Shown: positions 32,815-46,225 of the stretch, piece after piece
Layout of the letters: each line of letters starts with the position of its first letter
Numbering within the stretch: position 1 is the stretch's first letter
Assembly (NCBI GenBank): GCA_038087875.1
Contig: CM075989.1
Location: forward strand, 13,208,001 to 13,268,000
DNA: 60,000 bases
From: Malacoraja senta
Taxonomy: Eukaryota
Direction: 5' to 3'
The notes under the pieces: model-generated
What the model was told of the DNA's origin: nothing
The model's database searches: none
Seen by the model: the letters and a program-made list of their open reading frames with translations, nothing else
Made by a program: the position numbers and the translations under genes

Positions 32815-33625
32815 ATATTAACGATTTAGATGAAGGAATTAAATGTAACATCTCCAAATTTGTGGATGACACAAAGGTGGGTGGCACTGAGCTGCGAGGA
32901 GGATGCTATGAAGCTGCAGGGTGACGGCTAGGTTGGCTGAGTGGGCAGATCCATGGCAGATGCAATATGATGTGGATAAATGTGAGGTTATCCGCTTTAG
33001 TGGCGAGAATAAGAAGGCAGATTATTATCTGAATGTTGTCAAATTTGGAAAAGGGGAGGTGCAATGAGACCTGGGTGTCCTTGTACATCAGTCACTGAAA
33101 TTATGTATTCGGGTACAGCAGGCAGTGAAGAAAGCAAATGGCATGTTTGCCTTCATAGCGAGAGGATTTGAGTATAGGAGCAAGTAGGTCCTACAGTGGG
33201 TGTACTGGGCCCTGGTGAGACCACGCCTGGAGTATTGTGTACAGTTTTGGTATCCTAATTTGAGGATGGACATTCTTGCTATTGCGGGACTGCGGCGCAG
33301 GTTCACCAGGATGGCGGGACTGACATATGATGAAAGAATGGATCGACTGGTCTTATATTCACTGGAATTTAGAAGGGTGAGAGGGGATCTTATAGATACA
33401 TATGAAATTATTAAGGGATTGGACAGGCTAGATGCAGGATTTTTTTTTCCAATGTTGGGGGAGGCCAGAACCAGGGGTCACAGTTTAAGAATAAGGGGTA
33501 GGTCATTTAGGATTGAGATGAGGAAAAATGTTTTCACACATAGAGTTACGAATCTGTGGAATTCTCTGCCACAGAAGGCAGTGGAGGCCAATTCACTGTA
33601 TAGGCCGAATGGCCTATTCCTGCAC
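32815..33625 (+). mobile_element. CR1 LINE 3' fragment (RT C-terminus), degenerate
   Basis: SKFVDDTK, LVRPRLEYCVQFW, RGDLI, TRGHS, FTHRVTNLWNSLP motifs, interrupted by stops and frameshifts. Confidence 0.9.
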
Positions 33626-33660
33626 CTATTTTCTATGCCTATATTTCTATGTACAATTAG

Positions 33661-35527
33661 TAGGAATGTTACAACATTTTGAGATTTTAAAAATCAAGCC
33701 TGTAATTTATCCCATCAGATAAAGCATGAAAAGAACTTTAATTTGCTACCTAATTCACTTTCATATATTCAGTATTAAAAAAGTTATGGTCATTTTCATA
33801 CTCAGAAATTAGCATCTAGTTCCCTATTGCTTTTCCATTGACGTTCCCTATTGCTTTTCCATTGACTTAACACAAAAGCTGTGATCGAGGATAGTCAAAA
33901 GCCCATAACTTTCTTAAAAATTAAGAGAACTGAATGAAATTTTCAGTTATTATCGATTGAAGCATTCTGAAACAAATATGAAACATCTTACTTGGATGAC
34001 CTGAAATTAAAGCATATAATTAGTTAGCTAATTACAAAATTGACCGTTGTGACGGAAATAGTAATAACACCGAGACTGCCTTGAAAATTCAAAAATGTGA
34101 TGTTCTCAAGATCAGAACTTTAATATTATTGTATTATATGCTGTAAGTCCATAACAGACAGGGAAAGAAATTACAATTTCTAGCAAAAGACCATAAGTCT
34201 TTATGGAGAAGATCAGTTGCTAGCTGGTACATTGGCATATCATAATCAGTAGCATCATCATGCTCTTCAGATTGTAACCAATAAGCAACTCTGTACACCT
34301 TGTTTTTCCTCAACTTTTCAATTTTGGCATTGTAAACCACAAGTTTTTGCTCTTCAAACTGCGCATGACATGCCTTTCTGCCCACTACTTTCTCATTAAG
34401 AATGTCCTGTAGATCATCACATTTGGAGTAGTCCAAATTCGGATAATCTCTGCGAATGCTGTCTAAATCAGTCTCTTTTGCTGGGCATTTGGATTGACAA
34501 TTTTGCATTTCTTCTTCGGAGACATATGTTTAAAATGTAAAGCAAAAAAAAAAAACACTGAACAGCATTGACACAAACAAGTTATTATTTGCAGTTTTAG
34601 GAAAAAAAGGTAGAAATGCTAAAGTTAAACGCTAAAACAAATAGTAAATACCCAGCAAAAAAAATCATATTCATCAGTTTCATCAAATAAATTAAATTCA
34701 TCTAATCTATTAAATTCATCTAAATTCAATTACTGGATCTAAACATCTATTCATTTCTTAACAAAAGGCTAAATTTTTTAAATAGCCTAAGTATCCAAAT
34801 AACAAACTGCTCCCATTCACACAATAATTCACTATATAACATGATTTTTAAATCTCACTTTGTCCTGAATTTATATGCCAAATTTCACTCAAGATAATCA
34901 AAGTAATTATTTTTTGCACAATACATCTGACTAAAACTGTACTGTGGATATTTAGTATGGAAATATTGATCATGGATAGACAATAACACAAAATATGGAT
35001 GATTTAGATGTTCTTATGACATTGTGCATTGATTATCTTGAGAGTGGATGTTTCTGGAATGTGATCGATTGGAATGTTGCTGTTGCCATAAATTTTAAGC
35101 CCATATTGGCAGGCAAGACACGGCCGATTCGTATGGGGCATAAATAACATTTTTGCATCATAAGATTATAATGAAGCCACACCAAAAAGCAAGGTAATAT
35201 GTTAAATAAACGATATACCTTTTGTTTTGTCCTGATATTGCGATCCGTGATGTTGAAGGCGTTAGAAGTCGCATTTTACTTCAATCAAGCGATTAAATCG
35301 TCCAGCAATTTTTTTTTAAATAAACCGGGAACGGATGTGCGAACGATTTTTCTTCATCAGCTGGCAGCCCGAGGAAATCCCTCTCAGACAACCAATACAA
35401 ACCTGCATTTTAATCCCGTCCACCCGTCCACCCCTCCACCCCTCCACCCCTCCACCCCTCCGGAGTCGCACGCACCGACAGTGACAGATCTACAGCGCCG
35501 CTAATGGTAGGTTTTGTAACGACGCCA
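33661..35527 (-). mobile_element. Non-autonomous DNA transposon, superfamily unresolved, with a coding remnant at 34134-34508(-)
   Basis: Imperfect TIRs TAGGAATGTTACAACA / TGGCGTCGTTACAAAA; flanking (A)CAATTAG duplication at 33654-33660 and 35528-35534. Confidence 0.65.
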
Positions 35528-35539
35528 CAATTAGCATTC

Positions 35540-35889
35540 TACCTACGCTTGGACTGCCGGCCCCGCCCGCTTTACCGCCGCAGTCCAAGCACGTGCCACG
35601 GAGGGCGGAGACTGACTCACGCACGCAACGCTCCGCCCAGGGCAGCGGTCACGTGTGAACGCTGCCTCTCCGGCTCCACCCATCTCCACGCGACTGTCAC
35701 ATGACGGCTGTTGGCGGCCGCGGTGCTCGAGCGTCAGTCGGAGACTCTCCATTATGAAAGCGGTGGCTGCCGCGGGCCTGGCACTCTGCACCACCCGGGA
35801 CTCTCCCGCGCTGTCTGCCCTCACACCACGTCGATGGCTCAGTGCCACGTGGAGCCACTGCTGCAGCCTCCTCACCCGTGAAGAGAATG
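35540..35889 (+). promoter_or_regulatory. TRPM7: CpG-island promoter and first exon ending in the start codon (probable TRPM7 exon 1)
   Basis: GC boxes at 35561 and 35603, CACGTG at 35590 and 35650; GAGAATG|GTAGGT with ATG at 35887-35889. Identity is inferred from SPPL2A-TRPM7 synteny and the ATG-only first exon; no channel-coding exon was found in the window. Confidence 0.55.
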
Positions 35890-36857
35890 GTAGGTGGCTC
35901 GGGGTGCGTCAATTGCTGGGCCATTCGACCTGGCCGCGTGGTGAGGCCTGCTGTGCACCGGGCGTAGGCCCGTCGGCGGGGACACGCTGTGCGCTTGAGC
36001 TGTATCGGCCGCTGCAACTGCCGGTAACGGTGGCCGCGGTACCGTGGGGTAGGCCTGGCTTGGTGCCTGGTCTGGGCCTACACTGACTCGGAGGCCGCGG
36101 CTCGGGTGCCGAACCTGCCAGTGAATGTCGATCAGTAACCATGACGCCTGCTGATCTAGTCGCTCAATGCTGTTTGGAGTGCCTGTGGTTGACAGCGCTA
36201 GTGCGCCGAGGCCCGTAATCTTAGAGCATTTTGAAATCAAAATAACACGAGGTCATAATCACTTTCATTTAATAAGACCGACATTTAATCGGTTATCCTG
36301 CATGGTTTCCCTTCAACGCTCAAAAAAAAGTATTTCGTCACCTTATATAGCCCCCCCCCCCCCTTTCGTTATTTTGCAGATAAGGAGGTTCTAAAACGTC
36401 TTTAAATTCCACTTCATCAGTCTGAAGTGTTTCTTCCCATATTCTGTGTCTGTGTCTCTGGCTTGATCTCCCACCGAAGGAAATATCCCCTTTGAATCTT
36501 CCCTTCTCAGTATCTTCTGTTTTAATGAGATGACTTATCTGGGGGCACATGCATGAATTTATTCCTTTTCACCCCACCACCAAAGTGCTTTAGTTTAAAT
36601 TGATACTGTTTACACTTGTGTAATTAATGTGTGTTTCTTGTCATTCCTTGTCCTACTCAGTGAGTGGTCCTGATCTGAAACTTCAGTCCATTACATGCTG
36701 AGTTCCTTCAACATTTTGTATTTTGTAGTGCATGCTGCTACTTGTCATTCTTTTAAACTTAATAGTATTGCTCGTTAGGTTTAATATTTTCTTATGACAG
36801 ACCCATTCTTTCGTGATTAGTCTTGTGAACCTTTGCTGCGCTATTAAAATAAGGTAA

Positions 36858-38976
36858 CTATAGGGAGGTTGCACGCAGTTGAGGTCGTGACCCGTAAGAG
36901 CCTGTCCCATTGGGGGTCGCGCGTGTCATCATGCGTGCGCACCGCCGTCTGGAGCGGGTGACGTCATTTGAAGATAGACACAAAATCCAGGAGTAACTCA
37001 GCGGGACCAGCTGCATCACTGGAGAGAAGGAATGGATGATCTTTCGGGTCAAGACGTCTCGACCCGAAACGTCATCCATTGCTTTCCAGAGATTAATAAT
37101 AATAATAATACATTTTATTTATGGGCGCCTTTCACAAAGTCTCAAGGACACCTTACAAAGTTTAACAAATAGTGTAGAAACATGTAAGCGGAATGAAATA
37201 AATAGCAAAGACATCACCAGTACACAAATTAAAGATAGAATTAAATCCAAAAACAAAAATCAAAAACACAATATGGAAGAGATTACTCCAGAGAAACGTC
37301 ATCCTTCTCTACAGAGATTACTCCAGCATTTTGTGTCTATCTCCAATCGTCTTGGCCCCGCTCTGGGAGTAGGAGTGGGGGCGGATCTGGATCCGCAACG
37401 GCCGTAAGCCCCAGGCCGAGCTCGGCGATCGTTTGCCTGCTTCAGCTGCTGTTGGAGGTGAGACGTTGCGCCGCGCCAGGGTCTTGGGCCTGTCCCACTT
37501 TGGCCGTCAGATACGCGACAGGCCGGTGGAAGATTTCGTGCAGGACGAAGTCCACGCCACTCCACACCACTCCATGCGCCCATCTCGCGCTACCCACACG
37601 CTAGCAGGTCGAGTAAATGGCACGCGAATGACAGCCAAGTGGGACAGGCCCTGTACTGTTGCCTCGCAATGCCAACTGGAGTACACGCGATGAACTGCAG
37701 GTAAGCATTTACTATGGCTGCCAGCACAGCGGGCCCTTCTGGCCCAGCATCCGGACTGGTTGCACACTCGCAGACCCCGGGCCATCTATCCCTGCGGTCG
37801 GGGGGGGGGGGGGGGGGAAGAAGGAGTTCGGGGTGCCGGTGCAGCGTGATCAGTGACTCTGGGTGGGGTGGGCGGAGGGAGCAGACCATCCCTAACTCTG
37901 CTGCAGCTGACGTTGCCTGGAGCCGCGGCCCCGCTCCACTGGCCCCGTGTGTGGGCGCTGCCGACCCACAGCCAGTGACAGTGCGGCCCATAGGGGGAGA
38001 CGGGACGGAGGGCGGCCATGGCCGGACAGCGCTGTCTCCGGGGGGGGGGGGGGGAGAGAGAGGGAGCTGTCCCGAGGGATGCGTTCCTTCTGCCGCTTAC
38101 ACCTCGGGTTCAGAGCAAAGGTACTAGAGCATTTGGTTCAGAGCGCTCAGTCACCCAAAAAAAGATAACCCCACGATATTGCAATCGAGTTACTCTGAGT
38201 TTGAGTTTGCTTTATATAGCGAAGGCTTATTGAAATGGTGCTGTCTGAACACGACAATGAATGCGGCTATTAGTCGCGGATTGTAAAAGACGCTACACCA
38301 TGAGATAACACATGTTTAAACCTTATCCCTTCCCGCTTTCATTGACAGCACCCACAATTATTTGCAGCACAGAAATTGACCATTTTGGCGTTTTTTAAAT
38401 TTTTTTTATGGATATTTTTAGTAGAAGCAAAAACATATTATGGTAAAAACATTTCATGTATATCAATCATACATTATTAATATTTGTATTGTGGATTGAT
38501 TCTGCTTCTAGTTTTTTTTTATAGATAGAAAGTAAGAAAGAGAGAGAGAAAACCCCCCACAAATGTCAAGATTTAAAAAAAAGTGGAATGATTTACTAAT
38601 AATACATCATTGGAGATAGGTTCGTAGGTTATAAAGTATAACTTTTCATCTAATCCTAAGTTCAAGCTTCAGTTAGGTTCCCGTGCCGAACCGATCTACC
38701 CCTTCAAATAGTCAATGAATGGAGACCATATTCTAACAAAAAGTTCTTGTTTGTCCATTAAGACAAATCTGATTCTTTCGAGGTGTAGGGTCTCCGACAT
38801 TTCCAAAATCCACATTTTAATTGTGGGGCTTATAGGGCGGTTTTTAACAGGTAAGAAAGTACGTGTTTCGTGTGTTAACTGTGTATGCCGAGGCAGCCAT
38901 ATCTTCCACATGGATTGAGCTGCTCCGTGCATCACACCCTTTGACCCGATGACCTTACGTGCAACCCCCCCTATAG
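36858..38976. mobile_element. Non-autonomous TIR DNA transposon hosting nested insertions
   Basis: Inverted termini CTATAGGGAGGTTGCACG (36858-36875) and CGTGCAACCCCCCCTATAG (38958-38976). Confidence 0.65.
36897..37652. mobile_element. Composite PIF/Harbinger non-autonomous element
   Basis: Termini AGAGCCTGTCCCA / TGGGACAGGCCCT; TSD GTA at 36894-36896 and 37653-37655; extra internal TIR at 37486-37500. Confidence 0.78.
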
Positions 38977-39359
38977 AGCTGTTTTCTCACTAAACCTCTA
39001 CAGTTGGAGCAAGCGTTTTGTATTCCATCTCCCTTTCAATAAAAGTCATTGCTCATTTGTCTTCTATTTAGCTGCATGTGCATGGTAATTTTGTTTCTTG
39101 TACGTACACATGGCTCTCACTTTGAACACGGTCATTTAGTAGTTTGAAAACATCTAAATTATCCTGAATTAGTCTGAAAAAGGGTTTCGGCCCGAAACGT
39201 TGCCTATTTCCTTCGCTCCATAGATGCTGCCGCACCCGCTGAGTTTCTCCAGCACTTTTGTCTACATTAAATGATCCTCTTGCTCTTTCCTACCAAAATG
39301 ATTGTTACATATTTCCCCTATATTATCAGCTTCATCGGCTAAATCTTTAGACCGTTTAG

Positions 39360-40270
39360 AGCATGAAAAAACCCTCGGCCCAACTTGCCCACACCGACTA
39401 ACATGTCACATCTACACTAGTCCCATCTGCTTGCGTTTGGCCCATATTTCTCTAAACCTCTCACTCTACCTGTCTAAATCTTTCTTAAACATTGAGATAA
39501 TAATAAACTTGTGTACCTGAGATAATAATAATGTTGTGATAGTACCTGTATCAACTACCTCCTCCAACAGCCCGTGCCTTACAACCAACCACCCTTTATG
39601 TGAAAAAGTTACTCCTGAGGTTCCTATTAAATCTTTCCCCCTTCACCTTAAACCTATGTCCTCTGGTTCTCGATTCCTCTACTCTGGGCAAGAGAATGAG
39701 TGTGTCTACGAAAATCTATTCCTCATATGATTTGTACACGTCCATAAGATCACCCCTCATTCTCCTGCACGCAACGAATAGAGTCCCAGCCTGCTCAACC
39801 TCTCCCTAAGCTCAGGCCCTTGAGTCCTGGCAACATCTGTGCAAATCTTTGCACCCTTTCCAGCTTGACAACATCTATCCTATAACATGGTGTCTGAAAC
39901 ATAACACAATAAATACCCTAGCGTCACTAGCGTTTTATATAATTGCAACATGATCTCCCAATTTCTACACTCAATACTCTGACTGATAAATACCAATGTG
40001 CCAATAGCCTTTTTGACCATCCTATCTAATTGTGACGCCATCTTCAAGGAACTATGTATGTGCACTCCTAGATCCCTCTGTTCTATAACACTCCCCAGAG
40101 CTCTTGTCATTCACTGTGGAGGTCTTGCCCATGTTAGTCTTCCCAAAATGCAACTCCTTACATTTCTTTGTATTAAATTCCAACAGCCTTTTCTCTGCCC
40201 AACCGATCAAGATCCTCCTGCAATTTTGACAACCACCTTCACTATCTACAATACCACTCACTTTAGTGTC
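39360..40270 (-). mobile_element. CR1 LINE 3' fragment, degenerate
   Basis: EQRDLGVHIHSSLK, KKCKELHFGK and MLQLYKTLV motifs on the - strand. Confidence 0.85.
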
Positions 40271-43200
40271 AACATTTACTTGAACATAAATGAAAGTAGG
40301 CCATTTATAACTTTTGAGCCTGCTCTGCCATTCATTAAGATTATGGGTGACCTTGTACCTCAGCAGCATTTTCCTGCACTCTCCCTCGATTCTCGTATTT
40401 AGATATCGACTGATTTTGGTTTTGAATGAACACAATTGCTAAGCTTCTACAGCCCCTGGGTAGAAAATTGCAATGGTTCATCGCCTTCTGTGAAGAGATT
40501 TCTCTTCTCAGCCCTAACTGACCTTTAGTCTGTGTATGGGAACTCCGGTTCTTCATTGCTTAGATCTCAAACATCCTGTAAGAAATATGTTTCAATTTGA
40601 TTACTTGTTATTATAAACTCCAGAGATTGCAGGCCTGGTTCATGTAATCTCATACTGCAAATCTTCAATTTTTTGGGAACAGTCTTGTGAATCTTTGCTG
40701 CATTCCCTTTGTGGCAGATATACTGTTTTGGGTAAGAAAACCTTGCTAAGACTACTCCAGGATGTGGTCTTAGCAAGGCCTTATGTAATTACAGTAATAC
40801 ACCTTCAATCAAATACTCGGGTAACATGCCATTTGGTTGTCGTGATCTTTGCATATGGACACTATAGACCCTTCGGGCATCTACCAACCCAGTTTCCATT
40901 TAAAAGAAATGGCACGTTTGTTTTAATTTGTGCATCAAAGTAGATAGCTTCACATTTTTCCATGTTGCTTTTGCCTTATTTTTGCTCAGCTTTTATATAT
41001 CCCCTAAAGCCTGTCTATATCTTCTTACTGGTCACAACCCTAGCCAGTTTATTGTTATAAGCAAATTTAGAAACACAATATTTGTTTTCTTCAGATAAAT
41101 TCTTGATACAGTTCATGAGTGGTTTTAGCCGAACTACCTCCCTGCAGTACCACCCCAGTGACAAACTGCAAAACTGACAAAAAAGGATCTGTTTATTCAT
41201 ACTACTTCCTGATTGATCACCATATCTCAATCTTGTCAGGATATTACCCCCAGTTCTACTCCAAGCCCAGCAAGCAACCTCACATGGGACATTGTTGACA
41301 GCCTATCATTGTAGTGCTTTCAATACATTTTCCCAATAGATCATGGCCAACTCTTCTTTTAACTTTCCATAGTATAATTTGATTGCACTGAAGACCTTAT
41401 CTTCAGATTCAATTACACTTTCAAACTCTATAAAATTATATTGTTGTATGGTCACTCTCTTTCATGAAGGCTCCTTTAAAACAAGATTCTCAATTAACTC
41501 TTCCTTGTTGCACAAAATGACTATTCCCCTAATTGTTACTTTGACATATTGAAATACATTTTCTCTCCCTCATTTCTTGTGGTGTTATATTTACTTCTTT
41601 TGTAATCTGTTGATAGCTGCCCTGAATTAAGAGAATCTTGATAGTGTAGTACTATAGCATCCACTACACTTATAATCATGTATTTTAGAACCCTGGGATA
41701 GAGACGGGTCTGGAGATTTATCAGGCCTTAATCCTGTTTTCTTAGAAGCTATCTCTTGAGCGGATAGCAGTTAGAAGCTTCTTATACTCTCTTGACCTGT
41801 GTCTTCTGTGTGCTTTTGGGCAGGTATAACATATATCATGTCAATACCATTTTTATTTGCATTCCATTGTAAATTCTAGTGCCTTGGTTTCCAAGGGATC
41901 AAAGATTAATTTTGATATGTACTTTTACTTGCGTGTAGAAGCTTTAATGCTCTGGGGCATGTGATTCATCGTGCTTTGGGCATGTCATGATTTTTTATGT
42001 TTTCCATGCTTTTGAGATCTGAATTCATGTGGATTTTGCCTGTCATCTCACCTACTCTTGACGTCTTACTCCCACATCAGTTCCTTATCAATGTTTCATA
42101 AATTAACCTGATGTTCTAGAAAATTATGTCACAATCTCTACACCAAACTGTCAGCACTCTGTCATCCTGAAGCAGTCAAATTCCCTAAATAATGTGAATG
42201 CAACTTTTCTCTTGGCATTCTCTGAAATGAGTGAATCATTGCTTCCTTTTGAAGATTCCACTGAAAGTTTCACTCAGTCTGGTATGCCTTCAAGTTTAGA
42301 GGATTATTGGTGATTTAACTTGATGAAGGAATTCTGTCAGCTAAAGGGAAACTTTAATCTGGTCCACAACAAGATTAAATTGTTTTCTTAAAATTAGAAT
42401 CAGATTATTTTGAATTAACTTATTCCAAAAACAATATGCTGAGTTTACTTGGAAGTTATGGACTGGCAGCTTTGCTGATGTATTCAGAGGGTATGGAAGA
42501 AACAAGTTAAATAAAACAGAGTTACATCTCATCTATGATAATGTATGTTGTAATGGACTTTAATGGCTTGCTCCATTTCTTAATTTCTATTTTTCAATCT
42601 GACCTTCCTAATTATTGCACTTACTGGATTAATTTAAGATAACCTCTGCTGTCATCCGCGAGAATCTGATCATCAATTATACCTTTCACTATTTTCTCCC
42701 TCCAAAATATAGATTTCAATAGATTTGTATTAACAATATGACTGACTGAAACCTGGCTAGAAAATGGCATCATCATCTGGATATTCTTTTCATGGGTTCT
42801 ATTTAAACTATTGGTCTAGTGAGCTTGCCCTTATTAAATAATAATTTGATCTCTTTCCCAATGTTTCTGTAACTTCTTGAATGCTTGTTTGAACACTCCA
42901 CCCCTCAAGAGTTTGTATTCACTTCTCTCCCACCAGGCCAATATTGCTCAAAGACTTTCTATCTCTATCACTTTACTGATGGAATTGATGTTATCATTTC
43001 AGTCTCCCAACTCGAGTAAGATTGCATTCTGTTATAATTTGGTTGGCCTCGATTAAAGTTTATCTGCACAGGAAAAGTAAATACAGTATTAATCTGTTAT
43101 TTGCGGACTTTGGTGCTGGATTATCAGGTTTTCCATGCAGTTGATGTTACTTCTATTAACAGCCCAATATAAATTTAGTTTCACTTTTTAAACAAATGTT

Positions 43201-44319
43201 AGGTAGGAGTTCAAAATGTTTTCCAGTAAGCCAAATGATTTTAAAGGGAGCATGAAGTAGAACCTGGTATGTCAAAATAAATTGAAACACATAAATGCTT
43301 GGACCCAGGTTCCAGATGCAAACCAACTCGTGCTCCTGTCCCCCAGTGTTCCAATTGCTGACCCTGGGCTGCACTCCAGATCTCCAACTCCCACTCTGGA
43401 CTAATGAGTGAAACAATTGCCGAGCTTTGGGGATTTTCGAACCATCAGATATCGGATTATAAAGGTTTTACTGTTATGCTGAAAATGAGCAGGATATGTG
43501 GGAAGCATCTGCAGTTTATGATATCAGCAGTTTTCACTGAATTATTGCCTTCAGGAACTGTCCCTCTTTTTAAAACAGCCATCATATCCCCCTCTTCAAA
43601 AATATTTGAGTTAACTTGCCAAACTACATCATAGTCTCAAGCCTTTGTTTCCTATTAAGTCATTGATTGCAGTTTGACTTTCTGAATCTATATTTATCTT
43701 TCCTTAACTGCCATATTTGGATCTTTAGTTGGTATTGTGCCTTTGTCACAGCATTCTTGATAAGCTAATCAGTTACAACTGGCATACTTTGTAATAATAT
43801 TAATATTATTTTATCCCTGTTATGTGTTTTGGACTCCACTAAAGACTTCAGTGCAGTTGCACTCCATTGCCCAATTCATCCAGACTGCCTTTGTTTAGTT
43901 CTGCTCTTGTCTATCTTGTTGTGGCCAAGAGTATCTTGAGCAATATCTTTTCAAACTCCTCTGCACGTTTATCTCTGAAGCCCATCAACGGACTTTCCTT
44001 GATGCCATTCTGTCTTTCATCTTCACACTGCTCCTTGGCATGTTGTCAGGCTGTTTGTGTGATAGCTTTATTGGAGATGCCGTAATTTCTTCCAGCTAAA
44101 CTTTGAGAAGGTTACATCCAGACCTCAGTTTTTATCTGTTCTCCTTTTCAACTGTTGTATTGGATTGAACCAGATGTTTTGCTGTTTATACACTGCTAAC
44201 CTCTGATGTTTTTTGGCGTATCATTGACAAAACTTAGCAGTCAATAGAGATAATAGATCAGTACTGAAATTAAAGTGGCTACTGGCATCCTGCAAGTGAC
44301 TGCAATTGTAAATTGTAAA

Positions 44320-44684
44320 CGAGTTATTCACGAATTCTTCCGAGTTTTCCCCTTGATTCAAACTCGCAGAATGTTCGTAACGTGTCCGTAGGAGCTCGTA
44401 GATATATCGTAGCGGCAGTAGGTACTCGTGGCATCAGGTAAGTCGGGACGTTTTTTCCAGCCCGATAAAAAATGTCCACGAGTAAAAAAATGACCGAGAT
44501 GAAAGAAATTGCAACTTTTTACTCGTAAGGAGGGCATCGAAATAGTAGTGGGAATTCGTAGACATACTCGTAGGAGTTCGTGAACGTAGGAGTTCGTAGA
44601 TTACCACGATCTTGATTTTTTTTTTTAAGGTCCTTTAAACTCGGCAGAGGTTTTGAATTAAGCCGTGAAAGTGGGACAGGCCCT
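44320..44684. mobile_element. Partial PIF/Harbinger element (one TIR)
   Basis: Ends in AAGTGGGACAGGCCCT followed by TTA; CpG-rich (TCGTA)-type subrepeats. Confidence 0.6.
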
Positions 44685-45414
44685 TTACTATTTGAAATGT
44701 TTTCAAATGAGTTTAGCAATGGGATAGAAATCCCAAGTTTCTATGTTTGTTGATGCCATGAAGATATGTGACACTGCAAGTTGTGTAATAAAAGTATCAA
44801 ACTACAAAGATTGTATCAAATAGACAAAGCTGTAGCAATTGGATTAATTCTAGCACATATCAGATCATCTAATTTGGTCCTAAAGAGCATCGCGCTAGAG
44901 GACTTTTGGAATGTTGAAAAGCTGAAAGCATTTCCTAGGACTTTCACTGGCACCCTAAATTGTTATGCATAAATTCGATTCAGCTACCCCTCTGTGGATT
45001 TGCATTTTATTGCTCCATTTATTTAGTTTTGTTTAGAGATACAACACGGAAACAGGCCCTTCTGCCCACCGGGTCCACGCCGACCAGCGATCCCTGCACA
45101 TTAACACTATCCTACACCCATTAGGGACAATTTTTACATTTACCAAGCCAATTAACCTACAAACCTGTATGTCTTTGGAGTGGGAGGAAATCGAAGATCT
45201 TGGAGAAAACCTACGCAGGTCACGGGGAGAATGTACAAACTCCGTAGAGACAGCACCGGTAGTCGGGATCAAACCCCGGTTTCCAGAGCTGCATTTGTTG
45301 TAGGCAGCAACTCTACCGCTGTGCTACTGCAAAGCCTAAGATTCCATCTGCCCTCGCACTTTCAAAGATGTGCCTTGGCCCTTCTGTTATGTATTCTTTG
45401 GAATGGTGCCCTGT

Positions 45415-46225
45415 CCGAGTGGTGGCGCCATCGAGTGGCAGCCTCGCCAGCAGCTGTCTGTCCTTTCTTCCTTTTTGTTATTTTTAGTCTGTCTAAAAGT
45501 TTTGTTTTGGTCTTTTAGTCTTTTTTTATGGGGGGGGGGGTGGGGATGGAGGTGGAAACCATCTTCTCAGTCACTACCTGGTCGAGGATGCGTCTTTTCT
45601 CCAAGCCACATCTTCACCCCCCCTCGCGACCTACCATCTGGATTACCTGCCGGAAACTGACCAGAGCTTCAGCAGCGGCACAGCATTGGATTCCATCGCG
45701 GAGCGGGCGATACCTTACTGGGAACGCCGTGTAGGGCCTGCCAACTCTAACATCGTGGATCTGTGGTCTGCGAAGCTTCCAGCTACGGGCGGCGCTGATT
45801 TTAACATCGCGGAGGCCTGGGATCTTTCGCCGAGGATCGCCAATGTTGGAGCTCCGCCCAGCTCGGCCTGTGGACTTCGGAAGCCGCTGTCTCCGGTAGG
45901 AAGCGGCCGATTCGGAAACTCCAAGCCGCTGAGAGTGTTCTTCCTTTCCGACGCCGGAGCTCCGATCATTCCGGTGAGAGGGCCTGAAACATCGGGCCGC
46001 CGTTGCGGCGACTGCGGAGGCCTCAATAGACCACGATGAACAAGAGGAAGATGACTGAACTTTGTTGCCTTCCCTCACAGTGGGAAACGTTTCCGCTGTG
46101 GGGGATGTTTTATGTTAAATTCTATAATATTTTGTTTGTCTTATTTGTGTGCTGCATGGTAACTCAAATTTCACTGCACCAATTGGTGTATGTGACAATA
46201 AATGTAACTTGACTTGAACTTAACT
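45415..46225 (+). mobile_element. GC-rich non-autonomous LINE-derived repeat
   Basis: Isolated CpG-rich block ending in TTTCACTGCACC..TGTGACAATAAA and a short tandem tail; family not identified. Confidence 0.5.

Noticed and set aside
35543..36240. Overlapping 100-140 aa ORFs on both strands
   Set aside because: Expected in a stop-poor CpG island; no recognisable domain.
37340..38130. Second CpG-rich block with many ORFs and a strong donor, considered as the promoter or first exon of a gene
   Set aside because: It lies wholly within nested TIR elements with matching TSDs; the ORFs are GC-rich noise.
41300..44300. Degenerate coding-like sequence on the - strand, with a possible Tigger-type MITE at ~43084-43473
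   Set aside because: Probably old transposon debris; I could not assign a family or boundaries reliably.
45614..46078. 154-aa and 117-aa ORFs
   Set aside because: GC-rich interior of a repeat; no protein motif.
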